Shown here: positions 8,360 through 16,997 of the stretch, one piece after another
Layout: every line of letters begins with the position of its first letter
Numbering within the stretch: the stretch's first letter is position 1
Notes under the pieces: generated by a model
The model's input: only the letters and a program-made list of their open reading frames with translations
Told to the model about the DNA's origin: nothing
Database searches by the model: none
Sequence record: PQ416618.1
DNA: 64,000 nucleotides
Direction: 5' to 3' (one strand)
Origin: Escherichia phage vB_VIPECOMC06
Position numbers and translations under genes: made by a program

Positions 8360-8902
8360 ATGAGAAAAGCACTACTCGCTGGTCTATTTGCTCTTTCATT
8401 ATCAGCACATAGCTCCGAGCATACTTTTAGTAATGTCCAACTCGATAACTTGAATTATGCTTATCAGTTTGGGGAACAGTTTTCTAAGGACGGAAAATTT
8501 AAAACGCATGAAAATATGCATAAGAAAGGACTTGGATACATAATGGCCGCAATACTATGGCAGGAATCATCTGCCGGTATTAATCTTAAAGATAAGAAAG
8601 GTCACCATGCGTATGGAATGTTCCAAAATTATCTACCAACAATGAGGGCAAGAATTAACCAGCTTGGTTATAATATGACTGATGCCCAAATTAAGAAAAT
8701 GCTATCTAAGCGGTCTAATTCAGCCAGATGGGCTTATATCGAATTTTCTTATTGGTTAAATATACATAACGGGGATATAAGAAAAGCTATATCCTCATAT
8801 AATGCGGGATGGAAGACGAGTGCTGGAAGTAAATATGCTTCTGAAGTCCTAGAAAAGGCTAATTACCTTAAATCAAACAAACTACTGGAAATAAAAGAAT
8901 GA
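8360..8902 (+). CDS. secreted protein, possible lytic transglycosylase-like
   Basis: Signal peptide MRKALLAGLFALSLSAHS; QESS...GxxQ motif region; family assignment tentative. Confidence 0.45.
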   Translation: MRKALLAGLFALSLSAHSSEHTFSNVQLDNLNYAYQFGEQFSKDGKFKTHENMHKKGLGYIMAAILWQESSAGINLKDKKGHHAYGMFQNYLPTMRARINQLGYNMTDAQIKKMLSKRSNSARWAYIEFSYWLNIHNGDIRKAISSYNAGWKTSAGSKYASEVLEKANYLKSNKLLEIKE

Positions 8903-9246
8903 CCAAAATGTTGGCTTTAATAGTTGGCTTGGTTTCATTTAACGCTCTTGCTAATACTACATATACTGATGTAACGGAGTATACAAACAGAACAGCGTCT
9001 GATTATTGTGGTAAAAGTCAAGAGTGTAAAGTAGATTTTTCACAAAAATTGTTATATGCGTATAAAGACGGAGAAAAAGATGGGGCGTCTAGTAGGTTCA
9101 AGGCGTCTACCTTAATTAAAAGATACTATAAAAAATGGCAAATATTAGAATGCTCGGTGGCGGAACCTAAAGATAAGGCAGCATGCAATTCTATGGTGGA
9201 CCGTCTAGTTGACTCTTATACTAGAGGACTTGCAGCAAGTGATTAA
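8899..9246 (+). CDS. secreted protein (115 aa)
   Basis: Signal peptide MTKMLALIVGLVSFNALA; Cys-containing mature part. Confidence 0.45.
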   Translation: MTKMLALIVGLVSFNALANTTYTDVTEYTNRTASDYCGKSQECKVDFSQKLLYAYKDGEKDGASSRFKASTLIKRYYKKWQILECSVAEPKDKAACNSMVDRLVDSYTRGLAASD

Positions 9247-9706
9247 AAACTATATCAAGGGCGATATTGTCGCCCTGTTTTCTAAAGGTAATAATATTGC
9301 TCATGGGTGTAATTGTTTTCATACAATGGGCGCTGGTGTGGCAGGACAATTAGCAAAGGCTTATCCAAAAATTCTAGAAGCCGATAAACTTCAAACCGAA
9401 TTCGGAGACGAGTCTAAACTCGGGACTTATTCGGTTTATGAAAAATATTTTAAGACCCATAAAGCTTATTGCTTTAATCTTTATACACAGTTTGAGCCTG
9501 GACCTAATTTTGAGTACTATGCTTTAATGAATTGTATAATAGAATTAAATGAATTCGGAAAGAATAAGATAACAAAGCCTGTAATTTATATGCCAAGAAT
9601 TGGTGCAGGTATCGGTGGCGGAAACTGGGATGTCATCGAAGAGATTTTAGATACGTATTCCACTAAACTAGAAATTGTGATTGTTGATTGGGAACCATTA
9701 TTATGA
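9209..9706 (+). CDS. macro-domain protein (ADP-ribose binding/processing)
   Basis: Macro-domain-like core NNIAHGCNCFHTMGAGVAGQLAKAYP and C-terminal GAGIGGGNW; start uncertain (overlaps upstream ORF by 38 nt). Confidence 0.55.
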   Translation: MTLILEDLQQVIKNYIKGDIVALFSKGNNIAHGCNCFHTMGAGVAGQLAKAYPKILEADKLQTEFGDESKLGTYSVYEKYFKTHKAYCFNLYTQFEPGPNFEYYALMNCIIELNEFGKNKITKPVIYMPRIGAGIGGGNWDVIEEILDTYSTKLEIVIVDWEPLL

Positions 9707-9915
9707 ATATACATTATCCACATCCATATGACCCAAAGAATAAGGCAGTAATTATTCGTCAATGGGAACGCATTTGTCGTACCAAATGTCCAATTAATAG
9801 TCCACACGATGTAGATAAAGACTACATCGGAACATTCGTTGAATATACCTTTATTGATAAGAAAGGCCGTAAACAACATGTAGAAGAATACTGCTTAAAG
9901 GTGACATGGCTATGA
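9703..9915 (+). CDS. hypothetical protein (~70 aa)
   Basis: ATGA overlap with macro-domain gene stop. Confidence 0.4.
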   Translation: MNIHYPHPYDPKNKAVIIRQWERICRTKCPINSPHDVDKDYIGTFVEYTFIDKKGRKQHVEEYCLKVTWL

Positions 9916-10097
9916 GTTTAAGCAAAGAACAAAAAGACAAACTCTTTTCTCTTATCCATGAAGTTATGGATAAAAATAGTGAATTGGAAAAAGTTTGTAA
10001 TGAATGCGGTCCTTTTAGTGCAAACGAGTACGAAGAACTTTCTAAAGAATTCGATAATAAAGAGCAAGAACTCATTGATTATATAAATTCCTTATGA
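9906..10097 (+). CDS. hypothetical protein (~61-63 aa)
   Basis: Overlapping start region with upstream stop (ATG at 9906 or 9912). Confidence 0.4.
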   Translation: MAMSLSKEQKDKLFSLIHEVMDKNSELEKVCNECGPFSANEYEELSKEFDNKEQELIDYINSL

Positions 10098-10291
10098 TTA
10101 CTCGCAAACAAAAGAACGAAATATTATTTTTAGTTAGTGAAATTGTTAGTTTAGAAAAGGATTTGTCTTTTGAAATATCTTCTGAATACGGAGATGCCGA
10201 AACATATTACGAATTAGTAAAATCTATCGATAAAGCTGAAAATGATTTAGAAACATATTTAGAAAATTTAACTAAGGACTCTTATGGCTAG
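10094..10291 (+). CDS. hypothetical acidic protein (65 aa)
   Basis: ATGA coupling. Confidence 0.4.
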   Translation: MITRKQKNEILFLVSEIVSLEKDLSFEISSEYGDAETYYELVKSIDKAENDLETYLENLTKDSYG

Positions 10292-10865
10292 TTTAATTTT
10301 TACATATGCCGCTATGAACGCTGGTAAATCTGCTTCATTACTTACTGCCGCACATAACTATAAAGAACGTGGCATGGGTGTATTAGTTCTTAAACCGGCT
10401 ATTGATACTCGCGATTCAAAAGGTGAAATAGTCTCTCGTATTGGTATTCGTCAGGACGCCAATATAATTACAAAAGACATGGATATCTTTGAATTCTATA
10501 AATGGGCTGCAGCACAAAAGGATATTCATTGTGTATTTGTTGACGAAGCTCAGTTTTTAACTACTGAAAAGGTGTATCAACTTAGTCGTATTGTTGACGT
10601 ATACAATGTGCCGGTAATGGCATATGGACTACGAACAGATTTTAAAGGTAATTTATTTGAAGGTTCTCAAGCATTAATGGCTATTGCCGATAAACTTGTT
10701 GAACTTAAAGGTGTCTGTCATTGCGGTAAAAAGGCCACAATGGTAGCTAGAGTCACGGAAGATGGACTTCCAATTACAGACGGCAGTCAAATTGAAATTG
10801 GTGATACTGATAGATATGTGTCATTATGCCGGAAGCATTGGAATGATTTGACAGGGTTGTTATAA
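10284..10865 (+). CDS. tk: thymidine kinase
   Basis: P-loop AAMNAGKSASLL, FVDEAQF, C-terminal Zn-binding CHCGKKAT...LCRKH; 193 aa as in T4 Tk. Confidence 0.9.
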   Translation: MASLIFTYAAMNAGKSASLLTAAHNYKERGMGVLVLKPAIDTRDSKGEIVSRIGIRQDANIITKDMDIFEFYKWAAAQKDIHCVFVDEAQFLTTEKVYQLSRIVDVYNVPVMAYGLRTDFKGNLFEGSQALMAIADKLVELKGVCHCGKKATMVARVTEDGLPITDGSQIEIGDTDRYVSLCRKHWNDLTGLL

Positions 10866-10892
10866 ATACTAATATCTAACCAAGAGGTATAT

Positions 10893-11105
10893 ATGCAGCA
10901 ATTAAACGAAAGACAACTTCGTAATCTTACTGTAACCCAATTGGATGAAATCCGAAGAGAATTAGGACATTCTATTTCTCATTTAAACGAGGATATCCGT
11001 CAAACTGGTTCTAAAGCTGATTATACACGCAAGCGCAAGCTGGAAAAATACCTCACAGATGTTAAGGCCGTCCAAAGGCGAAAAATAAATACTGGCCAAA
11101 ATTAA
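10893..11105 (+). CDS. hypothetical protein (70 aa)
   Basis: SD AAGAGG before ATG. Confidence 0.4.
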   Translation: MQQLNERQLRNLTVTQLDEIRRELGHSISHLNEDIRQTGSKADYTRKRKLEKYLTDVKAVQRRKINTGQN

Positions 11106-11117
11106 CAGGAGGCCTAT

Positions 11118-11420
11118 ATGGCCTTAAGAGCGATAGCTGTCATGGCGATGCTGGGGTTTTTTGCAGCAACAACTCCTATCGTTGGTACTGCGTACACTGA
11201 CCCATATTTTGATAACTTTATGGAATCAGGGATTAAAAACGTATATACTTTGTTTGAAATTCAAAATGTCGAGAATTCTGAAAAATTCTATAAGTATATG
11301 GCAAAGCATTACAAAAATAGCCCCTGTGATGATGCATTTGAATGTCATGAACAAGGCATAAAAACTGCTAGACAATTTGCCGAGTTCATGAAAATAAAAT
11401 TAGAGCCTACATCTATCTAA
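11118..11420 (+). CDS. hypothetical protein with N-terminal hydrophobic segment (100 aa)
   Basis: SD AGGAGG; N-terminus MALRAIAVMAMLGFFAATTPIVGTA is signal-peptide-like. Confidence 0.4.
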   Translation: MALRAIAVMAMLGFFAATTPIVGTAYTDPYFDNFMESGIKNVYTLFEIQNVENSEKFYKYMAKHYKNSPCDDAFECHEQGIKTARQFAEFMKIKLEPTSI

Positions 11421-11426
11421 TTTACT

Positions 11427-11454
11427 AGCCCCTTCCTTACGGTTGGGGCTTTTT
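11427..11454 (+). terminator. putative rho-independent terminator
   Basis: AGCCCC...GGGGCT stem followed by TTTT. Confidence 0.5.
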
Positions 11455-11465
11455 GGCATTTAGCA

Positions 11466-11494
11466 GTTTACTTTTCCTCAGGTTGTGTTATAGT
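11466..11494 (+). promoter_or_regulatory. early promoter
   Basis: GTTTAC, 17-bp spacer, TGTTATAGT. Confidence 0.55.
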
Positions 11495-11521
11495 AGACCT
11501 TACTTACTAGAGGAGAACGTT

Positions 11522-11701
11522 ATGTCACGTAAAGAAAAAATTTCTAAGTTAATGTTTTTGATTGAAGAGTACGCTAATGCGGTGTCTGATTGGGAAAATG
11601 CTCATGGTTGCGAAGATGGAGACATCGACATTAACAGAGCTATGAAAAAGATGGCAGATGCCCACACTGAATTACAAATGTATGTTAACGAGATTATGTG
11701 A
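11522..11701 (+). CDS. hypothetical protein (~59 aa)
   Basis: ATG at 11522 after GAGGAGA SD; track start 11453 lies inside the promoter. Confidence 0.35.
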   Translation: MSRKEKISKLMFLIEEYANAVSDWENAHGCEDGDIDINRAMKKMADAHTELQMYVNEIM

Positions 11702-11708
11702 GGATATT

Positions 11709-11876
11709 ATGCTTTACGATTATACCGGAAAATCTGAAGACGGTGTATTTGAACTTTTACCTGAAAGCGCTGAAGATGATGATATGGTGGTGATATATTG
11801 TGTTGGTTGTCAATCAATGCATGATGAAATTTTTAAACGTGAACCAAGAAACTGTTGGCACAGGAGCATGAGATGA
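11709..11876 (+). CDS. hypothetical protein (~55 aa), member of tandem paralog pair
   Basis: Starts MLYDYTGKSEDGVFELLPE; similar to ORF at 11968. Confidence 0.4.
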   Translation: MLYDYTGKSEDGVFELLPESAEDDDMVVIYCVGCQSMHDEIFKREPRNCWHRSMR

Positions 11877-11967
11877 TTTATTATCTTGAACCTTGGGCTT
11901 GGTTAACAATGGCTGTAGGACCTGTTTTAATTGGTTTATTCTTTTCATGGTTAGCGAGGAAACTGTA

Positions 11968-12183
11968 ATGTTATATGACCCAAGCGGTTGTTCTGAAGAT
12001 GGTGTGATTGTTCTGGAGCCTGAGCATCCAGTTGGTGATGTATATCGCACCGTTGAAGTATGCGAATGTAATTTCGTTGAAGGTAATACTGGCGGAATTT
12101 CCATTGAGCAAGATGATGATGTTATTTACCTGGATGCAAGCCAAGTAGAAGCTCTTTATAACATTTTAAAACATAATCGGTAG
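11968..12183 (+). CDS. hypothetical protein (~71 aa), member of tandem paralog pair
   Basis: Starts MLYDPSGCSEDGVIVLEPE; SD GAGGAAA. Confidence 0.4.
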   Translation: MLYDPSGCSEDGVIVLEPEHPVGDVYRTVEVCECNFVEGNTGGISIEQDDDVIYLDASQVEALYNILKHNR

Positions 12184-12221
12184 TTTACGTCTTGGTAGGA
12201 CTATGATATAGTAATCCTACC
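12183..12221 (+). promoter_or_regulatory. early promoter with flanking inverted repeat (PeSL-like)
   Basis: GTTTAC, TGATATAGT; GGTAGGACTA / TAATCCTACC arms. Confidence 0.55.
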
Positions 12222-12528
12222 AAAACAAATGGAGAACAAAATGAAACTTTTGCTTATCGCTTATGTTGTAGTACAATACAATTATCCGATGTTTACTTAT
12301 AACATGGTAAACGGCATAGTGAATCTTATTGAAACGAGTATGGTAAAATGACCCGTGAACAAGCTAATAAATTGATGGACCTTATCCATGACTTACGTGA
12401 AGCCGATTCAGATTTGAATGATGTAGCTTATCACGCGGTAAATGATAACGGAGACTTTTATGAAAATCAGGTTGATGCTTGCCAGAATGCTTTGGTGAAT
12501 TTTGTTGAAACTTTAATTGGTGAATAAT

Positions 12529-13059
12529 ATGAAAACTGTAATTGAAACGACCGAACTGTTCGGTGATTTGACTATCGAAAAACGTGGTAATGTATACGTT
12601 CTGACTCAGGAAGATGATGGTATTACTATTTGTCCTATGGAACTAGACGAGATTTTGAAACTCAATCCGCCTGGTCATGCATCGGCAATTAATATTGGTG
12701 GAGACCTTCAGGCTCGTTTTTATCATGGGCTTTATAACGGTGCTAATATCGAAACTGAAGACAAATGCCTTTCTATCGATAACTGGAAAACATTCGTTGC
12801 TAAGGTGAAAGAATTCTTGGAATCCGAACCACCTGAAAAGGCTAAACTTAAATGGGGTATCAGTCGTGGTGCTTACATTATTAATCCAATAGCTCCAAAC
12901 TATACCACGACTTTGGCTGTCATGAATTCTTATGAAGATGGTGATGTAGTAACTATTCGCCAAAATGATGATTTACGTTCACATGTTACTACATTTACCA
13001 AAGACGAAGCTGTAGCTCTTAAAGCTTATCTCGATTCCATTATCCCAACTTTGAAATAA
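12529..13059 (+). CDS. hypothetical protein (~176 aa)
   Basis: ATG at 12529 (track start is a TTG). Confidence 0.5.
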   Translation: MKTVIETTELFGDLTIEKRGNVYVLTQEDDGITICPMELDEILKLNPPGHASAINIGGDLQARFYHGLYNGANIETEDKCLSIDNWKTFVAKVKEFLESEPPEKAKLKWGISRGAYIINPIAPNYTTTLAVMNSYEDGDVVTIRQNDDLRSHVTTFTKDEAVALKAYLDSIIPTLK

Positions 13060-13068
13060 GGAATTATT

Positions 13069-13542
13069 ATGATTATCAATGAAAACTCTTGGCACTTTAA
13101 AATTTATGCCGCGTTCAATAGTACATGGAATCGTCCGAAAACGTTGTGTGTTTATTTTTGGAAAACGTTAATCCCGGTATTGGCTGTTTCAATTATTGGA
13201 TTTGCTATTTTAGCCGCAGTCACAATTATTGGCCAGGAATTTTTAACTAGATTCTTTGTTTTTAGTAGTCTATGGACATTAGTTCCGGCCTCAATTGGCG
13301 TAGGCATTTTAATGGTAGCAGTCATGGCTTTTATTGCTGCCGGGGCGGTAATTGGTCCGTCTTGGTTGTTAGACAAATATAACGACAGAAAATATTATAA
13401 AGAAATTGAGCTCATTGCGCAAAACCAAGAACGAATTAAAAATGGACTTGAACCTATTGAACGTAAGAAATCATTAATAGGTGAATACCTTAAAGCTCGT
13501 AAAGAAAAAGTCTGTCCTACTCTTGAATATAAGGCTAAATGA
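13069..13542 (+). CDS. predicted membrane protein (157 aa)
   Basis: Three hydrophobic helices; C-terminal charged tail. Confidence 0.5.
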   Translation: MIINENSWHFKIYAAFNSTWNRPKTLCVYFWKTLIPVLAVSIIGFAILAAVTIIGQEFLTRFFVFSSLWTLVPASIGVGILMVAVMAFIAAGAVIGPSWLLDKYNDRKYYKEIELIAQNQERIKNGLEPIERKKSLIGEYLKARKEKVCPTLEYKAK

Positions 13543-14528
13543 TGAAAACAATTATGAAAGGCTACTTTGGTAGCCACCTTTATGGAACGTCTACTCCTGA
13601 ATCTGACGTCGATTTTAAAGAAATTTATGTCCCTCACGCTCGTGATATCTTGACCGGTAACGTTAAAGAACACATGAGCAAGAACACGAATAACACATCT
13701 TCTAAGAACACAAAAGACGACGTGGACCATGAGTTGTATAGTCTCAAATATTTCTTTAAACTAGCTGCAGACGGTGAAACCGTCGCATTAGATATGCTTC
13801 ACACTCCACAAAGTCTAGTAGTTAAATCTGATTTGCCTGATGTATGGAAGTATATTCAAGATAACAGGTCTCGTTTCTATACTACTAACATGAAATCTTA
13901 TTTAGGGTATGTCCGTAAGCAAGCTTCTAAATATGGTGTCAAGGGTTCTCGACTGGCTGTTCTTCGTCAAGCCCTTAAACGTTCTAATGAATGGGGACAA
14001 TACTTTGATAATGGTGCAGTAATTCGTTTATCACATATGAAGAATGTTCTGCCTATAGGTGAATTTGCTTCATGGGTTGAAACAGAAAACGAGAAAACAG
14101 GTAAGCAAACATTCTATAATCTGTTAGACCGTAAATTCCAAGACACATTAACCAATAAAGAGTTCAATGCCATCCTGGTTAAACTGGAAGAGAACTATGG
14201 TGAACGTGCTCGTAAGGCAGAAGCTAACGAAGGTATTGACTGGAAAGCATTGAGTCATGCATGTCGTGGTGGACTTCAATTATTGGAAATTTACAAAACC
14301 GGCGACCTGGTTTACCCACTTCAGGATGCTCCATTTATTCTCGATGTTAAGCTTGGTAAACATACTTTTAAAACTGTACAAGAATTCCTAGAAGATATCG
14401 TTGACCAAGTTGAACATGCGTCAGAACAAGCTGCCAAGAACGGTATGCAACAAAAAGTAGATATGAGTTTCTGGGATGACTTCCTTGAACAGGTCTATCT
14501 CGAAAATCATAATTCTTACTATAAATAA
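13539..14528 (+). CDS. predicted pol-beta-superfamily nucleotidyltransferase (329 aa)
   Basis: N-terminal GSHLYGTSTPESDVDF (GS...SDxD nucleotidyltransferase signature); ATGA coupling. Confidence 0.55.
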   Translation: MMKTIMKGYFGSHLYGTSTPESDVDFKEIYVPHARDILTGNVKEHMSKNTNNTSSKNTKDDVDHELYSLKYFFKLAADGETVALDMLHTPQSLVVKSDLPDVWKYIQDNRSRFYTTNMKSYLGYVRKQASKYGVKGSRLAVLRQALKRSNEWGQYFDNGAVIRLSHMKNVLPIGEFASWVETENEKTGKQTFYNLLDRKFQDTLTNKEFNAILVKLEENYGERARKAEANEGIDWKALSHACRGGLQLLEIYKTGDLVYPLQDAPFILDVKLGKHTFKTVQEFLEDIVDQVEHASEQAAKNGMQQKVDMSFWDDFLEQVYLENHNSYYK

Positions 14529-14559
14529 GTAGATAAATAACCATTAACTTGAGGTAAAT

Positions 14560-14823
14560 ATGAAAAAATTGGTAATTGGTTTATTCGCAGTAATGATGGC
14601 ATTCTCTGTTGGTGCTACCACGGGTGCAGCCGGCGGTAACCAGACTTCTGGGCCTTCTAATGGTTCGGTAAATGCATCACATTCTCAGGGTATTGAGAAC
14701 ATTAAATCAAGCTATATTAATAGCACGGCCGGACAAGCAACTGAAGCATGGTCAAAGGGACGAGTAGTTACTCGCTCCGTATTCTGTGATATGCCTAATT
14801 ATGTTGCTAAGTGCGATAAGTAA
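14560..14823 (+). CDS. small secreted protein (87 aa)
   Basis: Signal peptide MKKLVIGLFAVMMAFSVGA; followed by GGGACC-TTCG-GGTCCC stem-loop. Confidence 0.45.
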   Translation: MKKLVIGLFAVMMAFSVGATTGAAGGNQTSGPSNGSVNASHSQGIENIKSSYINSTAGQATEAWSKGRVVTRSVFCDMPNYVAKCDK

Positions 14824-14826
14824 ATG

Positions 14827-14843
14827 TGGGGACCTTCGGGTCC
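14827..14843 (+). terminator. stem-loop, putative terminator
   Basis: GGGGACC-TTCG-GGTCCC; weak T-tract (TTTAGGGGG). Confidence 0.4.
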
Positions 14844-14875
14844 CTTTAGGGGGTTAAAATATTTTTAAAAAAGTA

Positions 14876-14904
14876 GTGTACATGCTTTTAGGATATGTTA
14901 TTAT
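14876..14904 (+). promoter_or_regulatory. early promoter variant
   Basis: GTGTAC, 17-bp spacer, TGTTATTAT. Confidence 0.5.
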
Positions 14905-14942
14905 AGACCTATCGAAACGAAATGAGTAAATTGGAGAATAAA

Positions 14943-15923
14943 ATGTTCAACGTTCAAATCAAAAAAGGTATCTATCGTAATAACGAAATCTCTGGTTCTT
15001 ATGTTGCCACAAAGACATGGTTCCCGGCAAAGCTTAATCCTGAATGTTCCCACTTAGGTGATGGTAAAATTTTCGTTATGATTGATGGTTCTGAACGTGG
15101 AGTATGGGTCTTCAAATCAGACATCGTAATGGAAGGAGTTGAGACATCACCAGTTGCAGTTGTTGAAAGCACTGAAGATATGAAAACTCGTATCAACAAA
15201 CGCTTTAAAGTAATGAACATGATGACGAATGGCATTATCGATGGCAAAATTCGTTCACTCATTATTTCAGGTGCAGCTGGTATTGGTAAGACGTATTCTC
15301 TGGATAAAGCACTTAATAACGCTAATGATAATGGTTTCATCAAATACAAAAGCATTAATGGTAAAATCTCTGGTATTGGCCTTTACGAACAACTTTGGCT
15401 CAACCGTGATGCAGACAGCGTTCTCTTAATCGACGACGTTGACGTATTCTCAGATATGGACATCTTGAACCTTCTTAAAGCAGCATTAGATACTGGAGAT
15501 AAACGCAAAGTTTGCTGGAGCACTGCGTCATCTTATCTCGATGATAAGGGTATTGATAAAGAATTTGAGTTTGAAGGTACTATCGTTTTCATTACAAACG
15601 TTGATATCGATAAAGAGTTAGAACGCGGTTCGAAACTTGCTCCACACCTTCAAGCTTTAGTATCTCGTTCAGTGTATCTCGACCTTGGAGTACACTCTAA
15701 TGAAGAGATTATGGTTCGAGTTGAAGATGTAATATTATCTACTGACATGATGCAGAAACGTGGTCTGACAGATGCAGAAACGTATAAAGCATTGTCCTGG
15801 ATGAAGGCTAACGTATCTCGTCTTCGCAATGTATCATTACGTACGGCTCTTTACGTAGCAGATTTTATTTCAACTGATAAAGATGGTTGGGAGGAAATCT
15901 CTGAAGTTACTTTACTGAAATAA
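14943..15923 (+). CDS. AAA+/P-loop ATPase (~326 aa)
   Basis: Walker A SGAAGIGKT and Walker B VLLIDDVD; ATG at 14943 preceded by GGAG. Confidence 0.6.
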   Translation: MFNVQIKKGIYRNNEISGSYVATKTWFPAKLNPECSHLGDGKIFVMIDGSERGVWVFKSDIVMEGVETSPVAVVESTEDMKTRINKRFKVMNMMTNGIIDGKIRSLIISGAAGIGKTYSLDKALNNANDNGFIKYKSINGKISGIGLYEQLWLNRDADSVLLIDDVDVFSDMDILNLLKAALDTGDKRKVCWSTASSYLDDKGIDKEFEFEGTIVFITNVDIDKELERGSKLAPHLQALVSRSVYLDLGVHSNEEIMVRVEDVILSTDMMQKRGLTDAETYKALSWMKANVSRLRNVSLRTALYVADFISTDKDGWEEISEVTLLK

Positions 15924-15939
15924 GCTTATAGGAAGTTCT

Positions 15940-15985
15940 GAGGTAACAAAAGCCATAAAGATGAATAATCATATGGCTTACCTCA
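15940..15985 (+). other. long imperfect hairpin in intergenic region
   Basis: GAGGTAA..GCCATA / TATGGC..TTACCTC nested inverted repeats. Confidence 0.35.
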
Positions 15986-16061
15986 AAGAAGGACACCAGG
16001 AACCTACTGAGGGCATAGAAATATTTAAAAATAATGTTGTACAAATCAAAGAGGCTATGTT

Positions 16062-16349
16062 ATGGATTTTATGCAAAAAATTAAAGCCGCAGTAGAACTG
16101 TATGCTCATCGTATGGTTAGTTCTACAATGCAATATAGCGAGGAGGTTCGCCAGGACTCTTCCTTGAAAGGAAAAACTAAAGCCTTAATTACCTTAGATC
16201 GTTTGCAAAAGAATGCCCTAGAGTTGTTCCAGTACGACAAGGATGCATATAAGAAAGAACAGGAAGAGAAACTTAAATCTGAAAAATTACAGAAAATTCC
16301 GAAATCAGTTTGGTTCAGTGGAAAAAATACCGAAAAAAGTTTCTTTTAG
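16062..16349 (+). CDS. hypothetical protein (95 aa)
   Basis: ORF, Lys/Glu-rich. Confidence 0.4.
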   Translation: MDFMQKIKAAVELYAHRMVSSTMQYSEEVRQDSSLKGKTKALITLDRLQKNALELFQYDKDAYKKEQEEKLKSEKLQKIPKSVWFSGKNTEKSFF

Positions 16350-16351
16350 TT

Positions 16352-16386
16352 GTTTACAAGGTCTATGGTTATGTTATTATAGACCT
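16352..16386 (+). promoter_or_regulatory. early promoter with flanking inverted repeat (PeSL-like)
   Basis: GTTTAC, TGTTATTAT; AGGTCTAT / ATAGACCT arms. Confidence 0.55.
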
Positions 16387-16407
16387 ATCAACTACTGGAG
16401 GTAAAAC

Positions 16408-16935
16408 ATGAACGCTAAAGATATTTTCAACCTGGTAAATTATAACGACGGTAAATTTAAATCTGAAGCACAAAGCAAGTTCTTTAATGACGTTGCTTAT
16501 GGTAACGAGATTACCGTGGACGGAGGTCAGATTTTCAAATCTCGCTGGAATTGGATTGTTATCATCGATTCAGTTGGAATTGTGGAAGTCTACAAAAACA
16601 CTAACAAAAAACGTACATTATTCTGGTCTCGTGAAACTAACGAGCAGTACAAAAAGGATAAAGCATCTCGTTTATCTAAAGTAACCCAGGAAGATATCGA
16701 GTTTATCAAGAAAGATATCGAGATGTACGAAAATTTAATCGCTGAAGACCAGGCAGTACTCGATAAGTTTGATGAAATTAAAGCTTCTCGTGAAATCCCT
16801 GACTTCATGAAAGAAACAGTAAACGAACGATACGCTCTCACTTCAGAACGTATTGCAAACTATACAAAACAGAAAGCAGAACGTATTAGTACTCTTCGGA
16901 AATTTGAAGAACGTTTAAAGACGGTTCACGCATAA
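16408..16935 (+). CDS. hypothetical protein (175 aa)
   Basis: SD GGAGG; downstream of promoter cassette. Confidence 0.45.
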   Translation: MNAKDIFNLVNYNDGKFKSEAQSKFFNDVAYGNEITVDGGQIFKSRWNWIVIIDSVGIVEVYKNTNKKRTLFWSRETNEQYKKDKASRLSKVTQEDIEFIKKDIEMYENLIAEDQAVLDKFDEIKASREIPDFMKETVNERYALTSERIANYTKQKAERISTLRKFEERLKTVHA

Positions 16936-16997
16936 ACGCTTTACCCAAGGACGGGTTATAATGGTTCTGAGTTCCAATTAAATCTGAGGAAATAGTT

